A stretch of DNA of 63,765 nucleotides, filler included, from Collodictyon triciliatum (GCA_043381765.1; 7 parts of 7 records of this genome joined end to end with filler, not necessarily neighbours in it); one strand, 5' to 3'; counted from the first letter of the whole stretch, positions 25,578 to 39,235 are shown. Numbers and translations are program-made. Notes: generated by a model from the sequence alone, not told the origin.

Positions 25578-28500
25578 TTAGTTCAACAATGGGTCGTAAT
25601 GAAAGCTCCTCATCTTGGTTAAATTCTTGATATCTATTAATCCCTGTTTGATTTCACGACTTCTGATCAGAGGAATCACGAAAGCGATTGATGTAAAATA
25701 AAGCAGCCATATAGAGTTCATTCCGATCAATAAAATTGTAATCCACGTTTGTGAGTCAAAAAGAGTCGTCATGAGTGAAAGGAAGAAAGATAAAAGAATG
25801 ATGTAGAGACTGGACAGCTCCATTTGATTTTCAATTTTCGAGTTGTAAGGCTTGTGTTGTTTTTGCATCCAAATGGAGCCCTAATTATGAAATAATTCAT
25901 TGAAGAATTATATATTCAAAAATTTCAATATGTCATCACAGTGATAAATATTAGTTTTACCTGAATTATTAAAACAAGAAGTAGAAAAAAAACTGCTGGA
26001 CGTGTGTATGGAACGACACTCAGCACGAAAGAAAGAGCAAAGCGACGTGCGATAATGATAAATTCCCAATATTTGAATCTCTAAATAATATTTAATTCCA
26101 TAAGAAATATTTCACCATTGGTTACGAAAAATTAAAAGGATAGATTTATGTACCCCTTTGTATGGCAAGTAAAGGAATCCATATCGAGCTCCTGGTTCAT
26201 ATCCATATCTTTTAGTCATAACTGTCAATTTCCACAGAACAAAAGTAGGCAATCCAACCAAGAAAAAAACGAAAACTGGGACAGATACTGCTAGCAGTTT
26301 TTGATATTCATCTGAAGCTGGGCTGCATTGTACCCAAGGCTTGAAATTCAGATACCATTTACTCACACCTTCATCATATATAGTGCATCCGAAAATACCA
26401 AATACTTCTCTTGCGACCGAGTAGTATATAAAAAACAGAAGATTCAAGGTAATAAACACAGCCTGTTTGAAGGTATATTTATGTGTTTTTAACATATCTA
26501 GTTTAAATAAGAATGAATAGCTTATCCCCTCGGTCCTGCACAAAAGTTGAAAGGAAGAATAAAGAAAAAAAAAAGAATGAAAAGCTTATATGCGCAGCTA
26601 ATATATTTTATCCTTACTTTGTTCTGCTTGTGACCATGCCCCAAAAAGTAAACGACTAAGCCAATCGTGATTAATATTGGTGCTCTTGCAAAACTGAAAA
26701 TCAGGGAAACTAACACATCGTCTGTTCCAAGAACACAGGAAAGGTTGGGAAACTGTATTGAACCGATTGACGATGATATATCAACGAAGCTGTTTGTGTC
26801 TTCTGAAAGAGCAAGTCCAGCGGAGACAATCGACAGTGTTTGCATGTGGAACATTATTATCCGAAGTTTTGCTAAATAAAACATTATTAATGGTCAAATA
26901 ATGAAGAAAATAGAGAATTATGTTTACCTGATTTTGATGTCTCTGTGAAATACAGATAGCAAATGAACATAAAAAATCCAATGGAACCGAGGATTAGGGT
27001 TGAATAAATTTTTCCTTCATCGCATCCCACACAAGACCTTCCTTGATTTCCGTAGCCATTCTGGCATCTAGAGCATGCATACCCTTCGTAGCCTTCTCTA
27101 CATAATTCTGTTATTTTGACCGTGGTACTTGAATTCGAATTTTTCTCTGAAATGGATGCATCACACGAATATGTTCGTGGACATGGCAATATTGATTTCA
27201 CTGAAGTAATGTTTGGTGAGGCATAGCAGTATTTCAGTGATGTTCCATCAAGACACTCACATTGTCTTGGGCATGGGACACAATCATTTCCAAATCCAAA
27301 GTAACCAGGCAAGCATTTGCAAAGTTCAAAGTCATAATATTCGGGATTCAAGTCAACATTCAATTCAATAAGACCATATCTCGAAATAATAGAGGGGCAC
27401 AAGTAACGCTTCGTTTCATCTTGTAAATTGAAGGACCTCGTAAAATTCATGAAATTTGGAAGAAAATTAGCTGATCCGTGATTCATAGATGTAATATTCA
27501 ATCCCAAATACTCAAGCTTTGAAAATCCTATGTATGATTCAGGTATGCTACCGACAATCGGATTTCCAGAGAGGTCGATGGAAGTCCACTTCAATAGATT
27601 TGTAAGTTCATCTAGCTTAGTAATTTTATTATTTTTAAGACTTAATGTTTTTATATTCAGAACATATTCGAATATCCTCCAATTTAGTTCCCCGTACAGC
27701 TGATTATCATCAAGAAAAATATTTTCATAGAAAAAATTATAATTTCCTGAATCAGGTCCGATGAAAATACCAACATCCCCAGAAAATGAGTTGTTTCTCA
27801 AATCAATTGTGACTAAATTTGGCAGATTCCAGAATAAGTCGGGCATACTACCACAGAATTGATTGTGGGATAAAACGATTGACTTTAACCCTAATAATTC
27901 CTGAAAATAGGTTGGGACTGTCCCATTCATTTTGTTCCTAGATAAGTCGATATAATGAACTGAGGGTATGTTCCATTTTTGTGATATCGAGCCACTTATA
28001 TTGTTTTCGCTAACATCCAGCCTCGTGAGATTTATCAGGTTGAACTCCGGCAGTGTGCCTGACAATTTGTTTCGGAACAACACTATTTCCTTGATGCTTA
28101 AACAATCATTGAAATCTGGGACTTCTCCCTCTAACTGATTTTCATAAACAGAAAACACCTGCAGTTTCCTCATTGAGAAGTTCGGAATTGTGCCTAAAAG
28201 TATTAACTATAACTATGTAAACCATGGATAAATAAATAAGAAAAGTACATAAGATCTTACCATTTAATTTATTCCTATCAAGATAAATTTTTCTAACGTT
28301 CAAAAAACTATTAAAGTTTGGTACGGTTCCTACAATTTCAAAATCAGTATTATATACACAAAGACATTAATATGCAATAAATTACCTGTCAAATAATTGC
28401 TCGAGAGAGAAATCCCTACAATTCTGGAAATATTATCGAAATTTGGGATCGTACCTGTTATGTAAAATTAGTTTTGCATCAAAGTAGGATAAACTAATGA

Positions 28501-30104
28501 TAAATTGCACCAGTGAGCTGATTGATGAAGAGAGAAACTATTTCAACATTCGGAATTCCGCTGAAGTTTGGAACCGTTCCTGTGACTTAAATGTCAATAC
28601 TTTTTCCAAATTTGTGAAAAATCATCACAAATCTTACCATGAAATTGATTGTTGTAAATATAAATCTGCATAGCATTCGGAATGCCGCTGAAGTTTGGAA
28701 CCGTTCCTGAAATACACAAATGTTAAAATTTAAACCAATTATAATTTTCTTAACAGAAAAACAAACCAAGAATTTTGCAGTTATAAATTCCAAGAATCTG
28801 AATATTTGGTAACCCCGAGAAATCAGGGAGCGTTCCTAAAAAGAGAAAAAAAAAAAAAAAAAAAGGGGGGGGGGGGGGGGGTTAATTTTTTTTTTTTTTA
28901 TTTTTAAATATTTTTTTTTTATTGTTTNNNNNNNNNNNNNNNNNNNNNNNNNNNNNNNNNNNNNNNNNNNNNNNNNNNNNNNNNNNNNNNNNNNNNNNNN
29001 NNNNNNNNNNNNNNNNNNNNNNNNNNNGGGGGGGGGGTCAATATAGTTCTTTTTTCAATTAAAAACGATTAGTAGAACAAGATATCGATTACCTGTGAGC
29101 TTATCACTTATTCCAACATTTATTATGGTTAACTTAGACATTCCAGAAAAATCAGGTAGTGTTCCTTCTAATTCATTCCCATCAATATATATCTCTTCAA
29201 TATTTGGCATCCTTTGGAAGTCTGGAATGATCCCGTTAATTTGATTCACATAAAGGCTCAAGTAGGTTAAACTTGGAAAAGCAAAGTCTCGAAGATTCCC
29301 ATAAATTGAGTTGAAGCTGAAGTCTAGGTTATTCAAGAATGAAAATCTCTCTAAAATTGTAGAGGCAGCTTCAAGGTCACCGAAAATATTATTGCTTGGC
29401 ATCTGGATTTCGAAGATGGGGCAAGTGTTGTTCTATAAGAAAATAAGATAAAAATGAAATCAACTTTAAAGGAAAATTCATGACATCTTTGGAAATCACC
29501 TTGTATTCCTCATCCAGGCAACTCTGATGGCAGGATATTCCGTACCAATCACAAATTGGAATATTTTCATTTTTCCATCTTGTATTATCGAACCAATTAT
29601 CACCGTCGAGTAATTCGTATAGTTGAATAAGGAGGTCATATTGAGTTTCAGTATAATCATCTACCATACTTCGGTTTTTTTCATTCATCTGACCATTTGG
29701 AATTTCTCTGGTTTTCAATGAATTATTTTTTCCATAAAATTCTTTATTTAGAGTAAAAGTTTTTCTTTTATAATCCCATTCATACATTCGCTCCTTTTTG
29801 TATAAATATCTTATGCTATCCCTATTATTTATATCTTTCAAAGAAGTATCCTCATTTTCCTCATATATAGGACATGTTTCATCATAGTGGTTAAACAGAA
29901 TTTGGAAGGCGTCTTCGACTTTCATTGAAAGTAGCTCGTCTCTCGAATACCGGCATCTGATTTAGTATATTGATTCAAAAACGCAAATGAATTGCCTTTT
30001 TTTTGAATGAAATCATACCTTTGAGGAGGATTGAAGGAGTTTGCTGATGTGACCATGTAAGCGATGGAGACAAATGCAAATAGCAGCTTTGTATTTCTGG
30101 GCAT
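25578..30104 (-). CDS. Signal-peptide, extracellular LRR, Cys-rich, multipass membrane receptor-like protein
   Basis: Signal peptide MPRNTKLLFAFVSIAYMVTSA, an LRR N-cap (NW..NTRW...PICDWYGISC) and many GxxP-type LRRs. Then a Cys-rich region (CKCLPGYFG...CREGYEGYACSRCQNGY) and about 9 hydrophobic helices with YGFLYLPYK|..KYWEFIIIARR and HKPY...ENQME. Confidence 0.88.
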
Positions 30105-32466
30105 GTATATATTAATGCCGCATAAACTTACAATGTGTTTATATAAGTATATTAAAATTATAACATATTTTTGGATGTTTCGAAAAACCTCTTCAGTCCA
30201 AAAAAGCTATCACGCTTTAGAAATCTGCTATTCTTATCTAGCTTTAATATTTTTTGCCTATTTTATTTAATTCATGAATTATTACGCGAATTAAATTAAG
30301 TTTCATTGATGAAAAAAACTTACAAGCTACAGATAAAATCAGCTAACATCATTTCAAAAATTCTGGATGTCCGATAAATTAGAGCCCAAATCGAAACTAT
30401 TATTAAATATTGATAATTAGTTTTTAAATATTTAAGGGATTTTTTTGTGTGTATGAGAAAATAAGATTTTATTCTTAAAAAAATGATTTTAGTATTTATA
30501 TCACAACGAGGGTAAAAATAATGCTATTTAATATACGAGGAATTCACAAATCTAAATAAGGTGTTTTAAAATCATAATACTTCCGACACATACACTCCCA
30601 TCACCGCCCCTTCCCCCTATCTCGCATACCATCTCATTTACAAATAAATTAAACCACCCTGAGATACATAGGCATAAAATAAATAATAATGTATTTATTT
30701 CCATTAATCTAGGCTTTGGGATGCCTCAAATTTTTCGGTATTATCTTTTCGATGATGATATTACAGAAAAGAAAAAAATTGAATATTTAGCTGGATCATC
30801 ATATGAAGCTTGCGACTAGAGATATAAGGTTAATAATATATCGTTATTAGGATTGAATAATTCTTGTATGGTATCAAAAATATTAGATTGTTATTATTTT
30901 CACAATCATGTGTTGAGTTTTTATGTACGCAAAATTGATTGATATTTATATTTAAGAATACATAGTAATGCATAACTTCTTGGTTTTCATCAGGTAATTG
31001 ATATTGAGATAAATTCAATGCGGAAATACTTTCAAAAACTTGGCAAGGGAAATTATAATAATAAAACTATCGTCTCAAATAATTTACCAAAATTGAGATA
31101 ACAAACTATAATAACATCATAAAAATTAAGACTCATCTAAACGGACATACAGAGCATTTCAATATTGATGAATACTAAAGTGATTATTTTAGAGATCGAA
31201 GAAAAATCTCTGGAATAAAGATCCTGCCCACCTTATCCTTCTTAAATTATTCGAGCGATTTATTCATCTAGTGTATTTTGAGTGTTAGTGAATGATACAC
31301 CTCCGAAAAATCTTCTTGTAAACAAAAAGTAAATTAAAAATTAGCTGAATATGAATAACTTAATGCTGAATTCATTGAATCTTTCGAATGAATATTTAAG
31401 TATCGTAGAAATTTCAAACATTCATTTTTAATGATTATTAATATAACCATATTATGCGGAAATATTGACGCGATTAATACAAAAAAAAACTTGTCTAAAA
31501 TACCTGAAGAGTAATAAAAAAAAATCCGAATAAATACTTTATCATTATTCGGACCACATTCATGGTCATACAGGAATGCTTCTTGGTGGTCAAATTACTT
31601 TTTCCTCATTTTGAATAAAATTTTGATTTTGGTAAGCAACTATGATTATTTTTAAGTTAAAAACAACCACGGCTCGTAAATTAGACATTTGAAATACATC
31701 GTGACATCGTATAATTTAAATTAATTATAGATACAGCAATGGTATAGATACTTAGTGATTGTATTATTTTCGAAATAATTGTAGAATAATAATTTCATAA
31801 ACCCCTCCCCCACCTTTTCTCGATGCAGATCAGGTTTATACATCACCAATTAGAATTAGAGTGTACTATTTATAGATTTGAGTAGATATAAAGAAAGTCT
31901 GAACAAGAAGGAAAATCAATATTAATTACAGATATCTTGATTGACATCTCAATTTAACATTAATATTTTCACAGTTATGCAGGTAGTGACATCCTTTACT
32001 TTTTTGAGATAAGTATGTATTAAACTTCGTGAAAGAAAAGAAAATTCTAGAATTACATCTCTTCATGGGGTGTGTGTATCCTCAGCTCTCTTTAGTGGAT
32101 AGAAATGAGCCACGAATTCGGTTTTCGTAACATGTTGACCTGCACCAGAATCCGAGTCGTATCACTGTTTCAACCAAGGTGTAACTACGTCGGACGGTTG
32201 GAAAATTCAAAAAACACCATCTCTTGAGTGTAATAAAATAAAAAAAATGGTGATGTTTTATATCGAAAAATTCTATTAGAACTTCACAAAGAAGAGAAGA
32301 AATATGCAACTATTTAAATATTATGCTTCGATTATCATTTAATTATTTTTCATACTTACAACTTTCTCTCTCTCTTCTCTCTTCTCTCTTCTCTCTTCTC
32401 TCTTCTCTCTTCTCTCTTCTCTCTTCTCTCTTCTCTCTTCTCTCTTCTCTCTTCTCTCTTCTCTCT

Positions 32467-32566
32467 NNNNNNNNNNNNNNNNNNNNNNNNNNNNNNNNNN
32501 NNNNNNNNNNTTAATTAATTAANNNNNNNNNNNNNNNNNNNNNNNNNNNNNNNNNNNNNNNNNNNN
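32467..32566. other. Artificial scaffold-joining spacer
   Basis: N44-TTAATTAATTAA-N44 flanked by microsatellites. Confidence 0.97.
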
Positions 32567-32809
32567 AAAGAAAAAAGAAAAAAGAAAAAAGAAAAAAGAA
32601 AAAAGAAAAAAGAAAAAAGAAAAAAGAAAAAAAGAAAAGAAAAGAAAAGAAAAGAAAAGAAAAGAAAAAGAAAAAGAAAAAGAAAAAGATTAGATGGAGA
32701 TAAAAGAGGAAAGGTTTGGGAGGGAAAGTAACATATTTTAGCACGATTTTTAAAATATCGGAGAGAAAAACACATTCGTGAAGTGTAAATTATCGTGTGC
32801 GTGGGATAC

Positions 32810-35800
32810 GATGGCTAGCGAACCAAAGCCAACATCTTCACCATCCTGCACAAAATTGAAAGGAAGAATAAGAAAAAAAAAAATCGTGTGCGTGGGATTA
32901 CCGATTCATTCACAAGATTGGCAGATATGGTACGATAAACTTTCTCTTTGTCCAGCGACAAGCAAATATGCCTGATGACTGTGCTACCTCTTGTAAGAAG
33001 CCATTTGCGTTCCCTCCTGTGAATTTTTTTTGTTGCCACATGGTTAGATAGGATGTGTCGTTTAGTTTGTTGTTTGTACATATAGCATCCAAATTATTAT
33101 TGTCTGGTCTTCTAGCAATCAATTTGAAGCGAAGAAAACAGGGGGAAACGGAGAATATATACTCTAACTTTGCTCAATAGTCACATCATTTTAGGATTCA
33201 GCAAAGCCTTGTGATGGTACCCTCAAAGGTCAAAAAGGAATTATTGTTTTTATTATTTTTTGGTAAAGTCACAAACTTGAAGAAATCCAGCAATTTCGTG
33301 ATGAACTGTGTGAAGTAGCGATCAATCGACGCAAGTCGGGATAAAACCTTCAGGTCAGAACGAAGCACCTGAAAATATAATGCTCTAAGAAAATACCAAG
33401 AAATCATTTCTACTGGTTTTTTTTTAAATAAAGATAAAAGTAATGTAGATGGTATAACTATGAACCGATATGGATTTAAGAGCTATATTAGTATGTAATC
33501 AATAGGTTTATTAAAAAAAATTATGAAGGTCACTTCATCAGATTCATCCCCAAGTGTGGATATCAAAGCTGGAAAGAGGCGGTCAATTAAGCGATCAATA
33601 TTTTCAGGAGACTACCGTGAATTATTAGAAAATTGCGTCGGTCAGTACGGTGAGAACGGGTTGATTACCATGAAAAATAAAGCTAATGGGTGAAAAATAC
33701 AGTCTAGCTATCACTACAGATTCTAGAAACGAAATACAGTGAATGTAACTTAGTGAAACTGAAAACACATGGGATATTAGTGATTTAGTTATCTTATGTT
33801 TAGACAAGATACGTTTGTGTTTATAAATAGAAAAAAAAACCTTGGAATGTAACATCAAAATCCAATTCAAGACTGTAAGTCTGGTGGGAACCCATTTATC
33901 AGTCAACTATGGATATATAACATCGCGTTTGTTAAATATGTAAACAAGGCATCATTCATACACACAGAGGAAACTAAGGTGACAAAAAATAATGAATATA
34001 AAATTCAAATAATGGGAGCGAAACCTGATTCAATAACACGTCGATAATTGGCTCAAATTCGTAACGCTCTTTGGTCTCCTCGAGAAGCTTGAGAAGACTT
34101 TCATTCGCCAACTGTGAGGCATTGCTTATTTCTATGACGTAAAGGCATTTAATCATCAAACGAACTCTAATAAATTTGAAAAAAATATAAACTAAGTTTT
34201 CGTGATCGATGTTGATTTTATAACTACTTTTCTTTGTCAAAGTTTGAATATTAGAGCAGGATACCTTGTTCATTGAATGAAAGAGAGGACAAAACAGCAC
34301 TGAGGATTTCAGAGGCATCCAACAGGATATTTTCCGCTCCAATAGTTATGAAATCATTGCACCATTGAATGGCGGTAACTCGGGTGAATATATCTAAGAC
34401 CATATGCGAAGTTAAACAAACTCAAAAATCTTCTTTTGGTCAAGGAATACCTTTTTTTTTTCTTTCATTTTTTTGTTAAAGGAAGACTGAAACGTATGAA
34501 GTGAACAATTGAGAAATCAAAGATTTCACCCGAACTTGGAGGTAATTAGATCATGCACAGCAAGGCCGACAAACAATAAATTGTCAAAGGAAAAAAAATA
34601 CAGGAAAAAATACAGGAAAAAAATACAGGAAAAAACCTTTTGATGTGCAGTGAGATATCAGGATCTTCATAATCTTACGAAACTCAACGTTTCCTTCTTT
34701 CCTCACATTTTTTAGAAACTCAGATAAAGTCTCGTCAGCCTGTCGTCTGAGCTCCTTGGAAGGATCGGACAGCATAACAAAGATTCCATCCAAGAAATCT
34801 TTTTGGAGAGAAGTGTGAGTATTTCTTTTTCTTTTTAATAAAACATAAATATGAAAAAAAGTGTAGCATAATGTACTTGATACGACGCAATTATTAATAT
34901 CATTATAAATATTAATTATGTCTGATTTGGTTTGTCCTTAACCTGGAAGATATTCCAGCATATTGATTTCGGGGGAGGAATCNNNNNNNNNNNNNNNNNN
35001 NNNNNNNNNNNNNNNNNNNNNNNNNNNNNNNNNNNNNNNNNNNNNNNNNNNNNNNNNNNNNNNNNNNNNNNNNNNNNNNNNNNNNNNNNNNNNNNNNNNN
35101 NNNNNNNNNNNNNNNNNNNNNNNNNNNNNNNNNNNNNNNNNNNNNNNNNNNNNNNNNNNNNNNNNNNNNNNNNNNNNNNNNNNNNNNNNNNNNNNNNNNN
35201 NNNNNNNNNNNNNNNNNNNNNNNNNNNNNNNNNNNNNNNNNNNNNNNNNNNNNNNNNNNNNNNNNNNNNNNNNNNNNNNNNNNNNNNNNNNNNNNNNNNN
35301 NNNNNNNNNNNNNNNNNNNNNNNNNNNNNNNNNNNNNNNNNNNNNNNNNNNNNNNNNNNNNNNNNNNNNNNNNNNNNNNNNNNNNNNNNNNNNNNNNNNN
35401 NNNNNNNNNNNNNNNNNNNNNNNNNNNNNNNNNNNNNNNNNNNNNNNNNNNNNNNNNNNNNNNNNNNNNNNNNNNNNNNNNNNNNNNNNNNNNNNNNNNN
35501 NNNNNNNNNNNNNNNNNNNNNNNNNNNNNNNNNNNNNNNNNNNNNNNNNNNNNNNNNNNNNNNNNNNNNNNNNNNNNNNNNNNNNNNNNNNNNNNNNNNN
35601 NNNNNNNNNNNNNNNNNNNNNNNNNNNNNNNNNNNNNNNNNNNNNNNNNNNNNNNNNNNNNNNNNNNNNNNNNNNNNNNNNNNNNNNNNNNNNNNNNNNN
35701 NNNNNNNNNNNNNNNNNNNNNNNNNNNNNNNNNNNNNNNNNNNNNNNNGAAAAATAAAAAATATTTGGACTGCAATGAATCCCATGTCTTCATATCTGCA

Positions 35801-36695
35801 CTACACCTTTGCATCGACATCATTCATGCATTTCAGCATGGGCCCAATCAAATCTTGCAGATAATCATTCAAATTGATCTCGAATAGAATAAGCAAGGTA
35901 GAGGCGTGAGCGTCATTATTAAGAAACCATACATGTGCATTAATGTTATTTGTATGTGGCCTTTTTTTTTGGATAAAAATATGTCAATAGTAAATGAAGA
36001 GCAATGTGCACGGGTGAAAGAGAAATTACTTGCCCAAGAGCAACAGAACAGCCGGCCAGAGCCAATAAACCGCCTTTTCGGGCTTGTGCGTTGGTCGACG
36101 CCACAAACTGTGTGTTCAGTACATCGATCAATCTTCGCACCTCCTCTTTGTCCTCTCTGTTGGGCAGTGCTTCGTCAAGTTCATACTCACAAGCATGGAA
36201 AAGAGAGAAAAAGAAAAAGAAAAAGAAAAAGAAAAAGAAAAAGAAAAAGAAAAAGAAAAAGAAAAAGAAAAAGAAAAAGAAAAAGAAAAAGAAAAAGAAA
36301 ANNNNNNNNNNNNNNNNNNNNNNNNNNNNNNNNNNNNNNNNNNNNNNNNNNNNNNNNNNNNNNNNNNNNNNNNNNNNNNNNNNNNNNNNNNNNNNNNNNN
36401 NAAAGAAAAAGAAAAAGAAAAAGAAAAAGAAAAAGAAAAAGAAAAAGAAAAGAAAAAGAAAAAGAAAAAGAAAAAGAAAAAGAAAAAGAAAAAGAAAAAG
36501 AAAAGAAAATAGAAGAGTCTCAAGTGGCAGATCGTACCGCTGAGCGAGTGATCTCATGATGGCCTCGACTTCTGCGGCTGCGCCTTTGCGTTTTTCATAG
36601 ATCTTGTCACTCAGATTGCGCGTTGTGGTGACGGGCAAAACAGACGAGCCTGCAGAAGACCCGGAGTGCCCGACGCTCTGGTATTCTGCTGCCAT
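32810..36695 (-). CDS. VAC14: VAC14 homolog (PIKfyve/Fab1-FIG4 scaffold), multi-exon, internal gap and 3'-truncated
   Basis: RNLSDKIYEKRKGAAAEVE, ARKGGLLALA, DGIFVMLSDPSKELRRQADETLSEFL, TRLTVLNWILMLH, and RGSTVIRHICLSLDKEKVYRTI. Confidence 0.93.
36207..36508. repeat. (GAAAAA)n microsatellite spanning a gap
   Basis: Tandem hexamer in the first VAC14 intron. Confidence 0.93.
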
Positions 36696-36726
36696 TACTC
36701 CTGCGCGCTGGCTCGGAGACTTCAGA

Positions 36727-36762
36727 GTTTGTTTTGTTTTGTTTTGTTTTTGTTTTGTTTTG

Positions 36763-36793
<31 letters not shown>

Positions 36794-36915
36794 TGTTTTT
36801 GTTTTTGCTTTTGTTTTGTTTTGTTTTGTTTCTTGTTTTGTTTGTTTTGTTTGTTTTGTGTGTTTTGTTTGTTTTGTTTGTTTTGTTTGTTTTGTTTGTT
36901 TTGTTTGTTTTGTTT
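36727..36915. repeat. G/T-only satellite (GTTTT/GTTTTT/GTTTGTTTT)n
   Basis: Tandem repeats immediately upstream of VAC14. Confidence 0.9.
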
Positions 36916-37034
36916 ATTCACTTTTTATTTATTTATTTTTTGTTTTTATTTTAAGGTTGAATCGTATGTTTGGATGACAGAAGGGATTGAATAGTGACAA
37001 AAGTGATGACAGCGACGGCGGTGTTGTGATAATG

Positions 37035-38981
37035 TCATCGGAACTCTTCCACTTTGACGTTTTCGACTATGAACAGGACGCGGTTGGGGTTTTTCACATA
37101 GCTACAAAAGAATCGAAGAGTAAAAATGGCAATGGAAAAAGCAGAGTTTGATAGCGTGATTCGCGACGACACGGGATTCAATCCACCGAACTGGATAAGA
37201 TGGTCCCTTTGGAATGTGTCGCCTATGTTGAGTTTACATAGCACTGCAGCCATAAGCATCCAGACGGTACCAACGATGACAAAGTGAGATGTCTTTCTTG
37301 CTTTGATGTGAAAAGTATCAACCATGATTGACCAATTGAAAGCCAATCCAGCAAACAGCCAAGCTATCATTCGCAAGTCCCACATGCATAGAAAGCCAGA
37401 TGTCACCAAGACTTTGAAAATAAGAAACATAACAAAGCAGTAGTCGAAAGAATACAACAAGTATCTGGCCATGAAGAAGTCGCAAGTCACTGTCATTTGC
37501 ACACTGATAAATAGAATACCCACAGACACCATCCCTATCTCGAAATAGAAGAACGTCTCACCAAAATCGAGACCGATAGCCAACGAGAATGAAAGAAACA
37601 AAGATGAGACACTAAAGACCATTCCGGTAATATTGTAGTACTTGGACTTCAAAAGTACCGATAACATAGGAAAACGATCTTTAATGTAAATATGATGTAT
37701 CGTGAGATTGGGACTGTATTCCAAAAGCTTATCTTCTAGAATTCCTAATCTTGCTTGGCATGTCTCCCGGTTGGAGTTTGGGTGTATGTTAGCCAAGTTT
37801 ATTTGGGGAGATGGTGGATTACTCATCTTGTTTGCTTTATCACTACGACTGCTTTCTGCGATTGGGGTGGCACCAAGGCGAGGTCGGGCACTCTGAGCTG
37901 GTATTACAGATATTGTAGATACGCCTTTATTAGATGTGCTAGCTTGCTCATCTTCACTTCTTACAATATGTCGGGTTGTAAGATGTATTTCGGATTGACG
38001 GATGTTTGGTCTTTGTACTTGAATCTCGTAAAAGCTGAATAAAAAGGTCAAGTAAGAAGACCTGCCCGTAATAACATGTATGTAAATTATTCGGAGAAGA
38101 TATATCATCAATGTTCCCATATTGTCCAAAGCCTGAAGCCTGACATCTATGATTTCCAGCTCGCTAGACTTGTGATAGAGCTTTTCATTTGAAAGCGGAA
38201 CTAAGCTAAAAAGAAGAGAGATGATGACAGGGATGTAAGATGTGAATCCTATGATTGATGCTACCTTCATAACCTTAGCATTCTTCCCTGCATGCGCTTC
38301 GTAAAATATCATAAGAATACAGCTGTAAAGCGAGTGTAGCATCGCACAAAATGTATTTATTTTCAGGCTTAACAAAAGGATGGCGCACACATGAAATGAG
38401 AAAATGTTCCAGATTGTATATCAGAAGCTGAAGGCTTTGACCAGTTCCCTGGCAATTTCAACTCGGATAAATATCGAGTGGTAAACGAAATAGTTCACTG
38501 CGTTAAATGTCACAATAATCAAAAACATATAAGGGGGTATTAAAGGCGCCCCATAAATGATCAAAATAGAGTTAATATTGCATACAAGCCACATGAGCGT
38601 GATGATAACCATCGTCACATTTCTTCTGTAGAACCAAACAATAGTTTTGTATAATTCCTGATTGCCAACAAACAAAGTCAGTAGTGTTTTCCTCTTGTCA
38701 ATCAACTTTGTTGTTTTCTTTACGACAAGTTTGATTGTACTGCTTTGAGCCTCTTGGTTCTTGTTAAAGTCAATGTCTTTTTCATTCGGGCGGGTATCGT
38801 GTATTTCAGGCTGCTTCAGAACGACCGTGTCTGCTTTGCTCATACACTTTAGATTCGAGTTGGAATCGGGTCTGGATTTTTGTTCAGCAGGGTTACTCTC
38901 GTTGCTGCACACATCCCAAGAGTGCCTCTTCAAAGATTCTAACCGGTCCAATCCGACATCATCCAGGATGTCAATGCGCAT
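37035..38981 (-). pseudogene. Intronless multipass membrane protein with two homologous TM modules, interrupted by one in-frame TGA (pseudogene, recoding or sequence error)
   Basis: ORFs 38421-38981 and 37035-38390 are in the same frame, separated only by TGA (38421-38423) and 10 sense codons. Two hydrophobic modules align: ARELVKAFSF*YTIWNIF versus ARYLLYSFDYCFVMFLIF. Confidence 0.65.
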
Positions 38982-39235
38982 TTAATCTAGATGACATCGG
39001 GTCGATAAGCACGATATATTTTGCTTCTTTAAAAAAACTATTTAGGGTTTTGTATATAATACATCGCACACAACTCGAAACAGAACCAAAATAACAAAAA
39101 CAAAAAAATAACCAAAAACAAACCAAAAACAAACCAACCCAAAAACAAAACAAAACAAACAAACAAACAAACAAACAAACAAACAAACAAACAAACAAAC
39201 AAACAAACAAACAAACAAACAAACAAACAAAAAAA

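Noticed and set aside
29922-29960. Overlapping stop/start (ATGA) between ORFs 29922-30104 and 29389-29925, suggesting translational coupling or a frameshift
   Set aside because: A normal short GT-AG intron (about 29957-30018) joins the signal-peptide exon in frame (PQR|CRYSRDELLSMKVE).
30300-32320. Short ORFs in the 2-kb AT-rich stretch upstream of the LRR receptor
   Set aside because: No recognisable domain or coherent exon chain; may include a terminal exon, but this cannot be supported.
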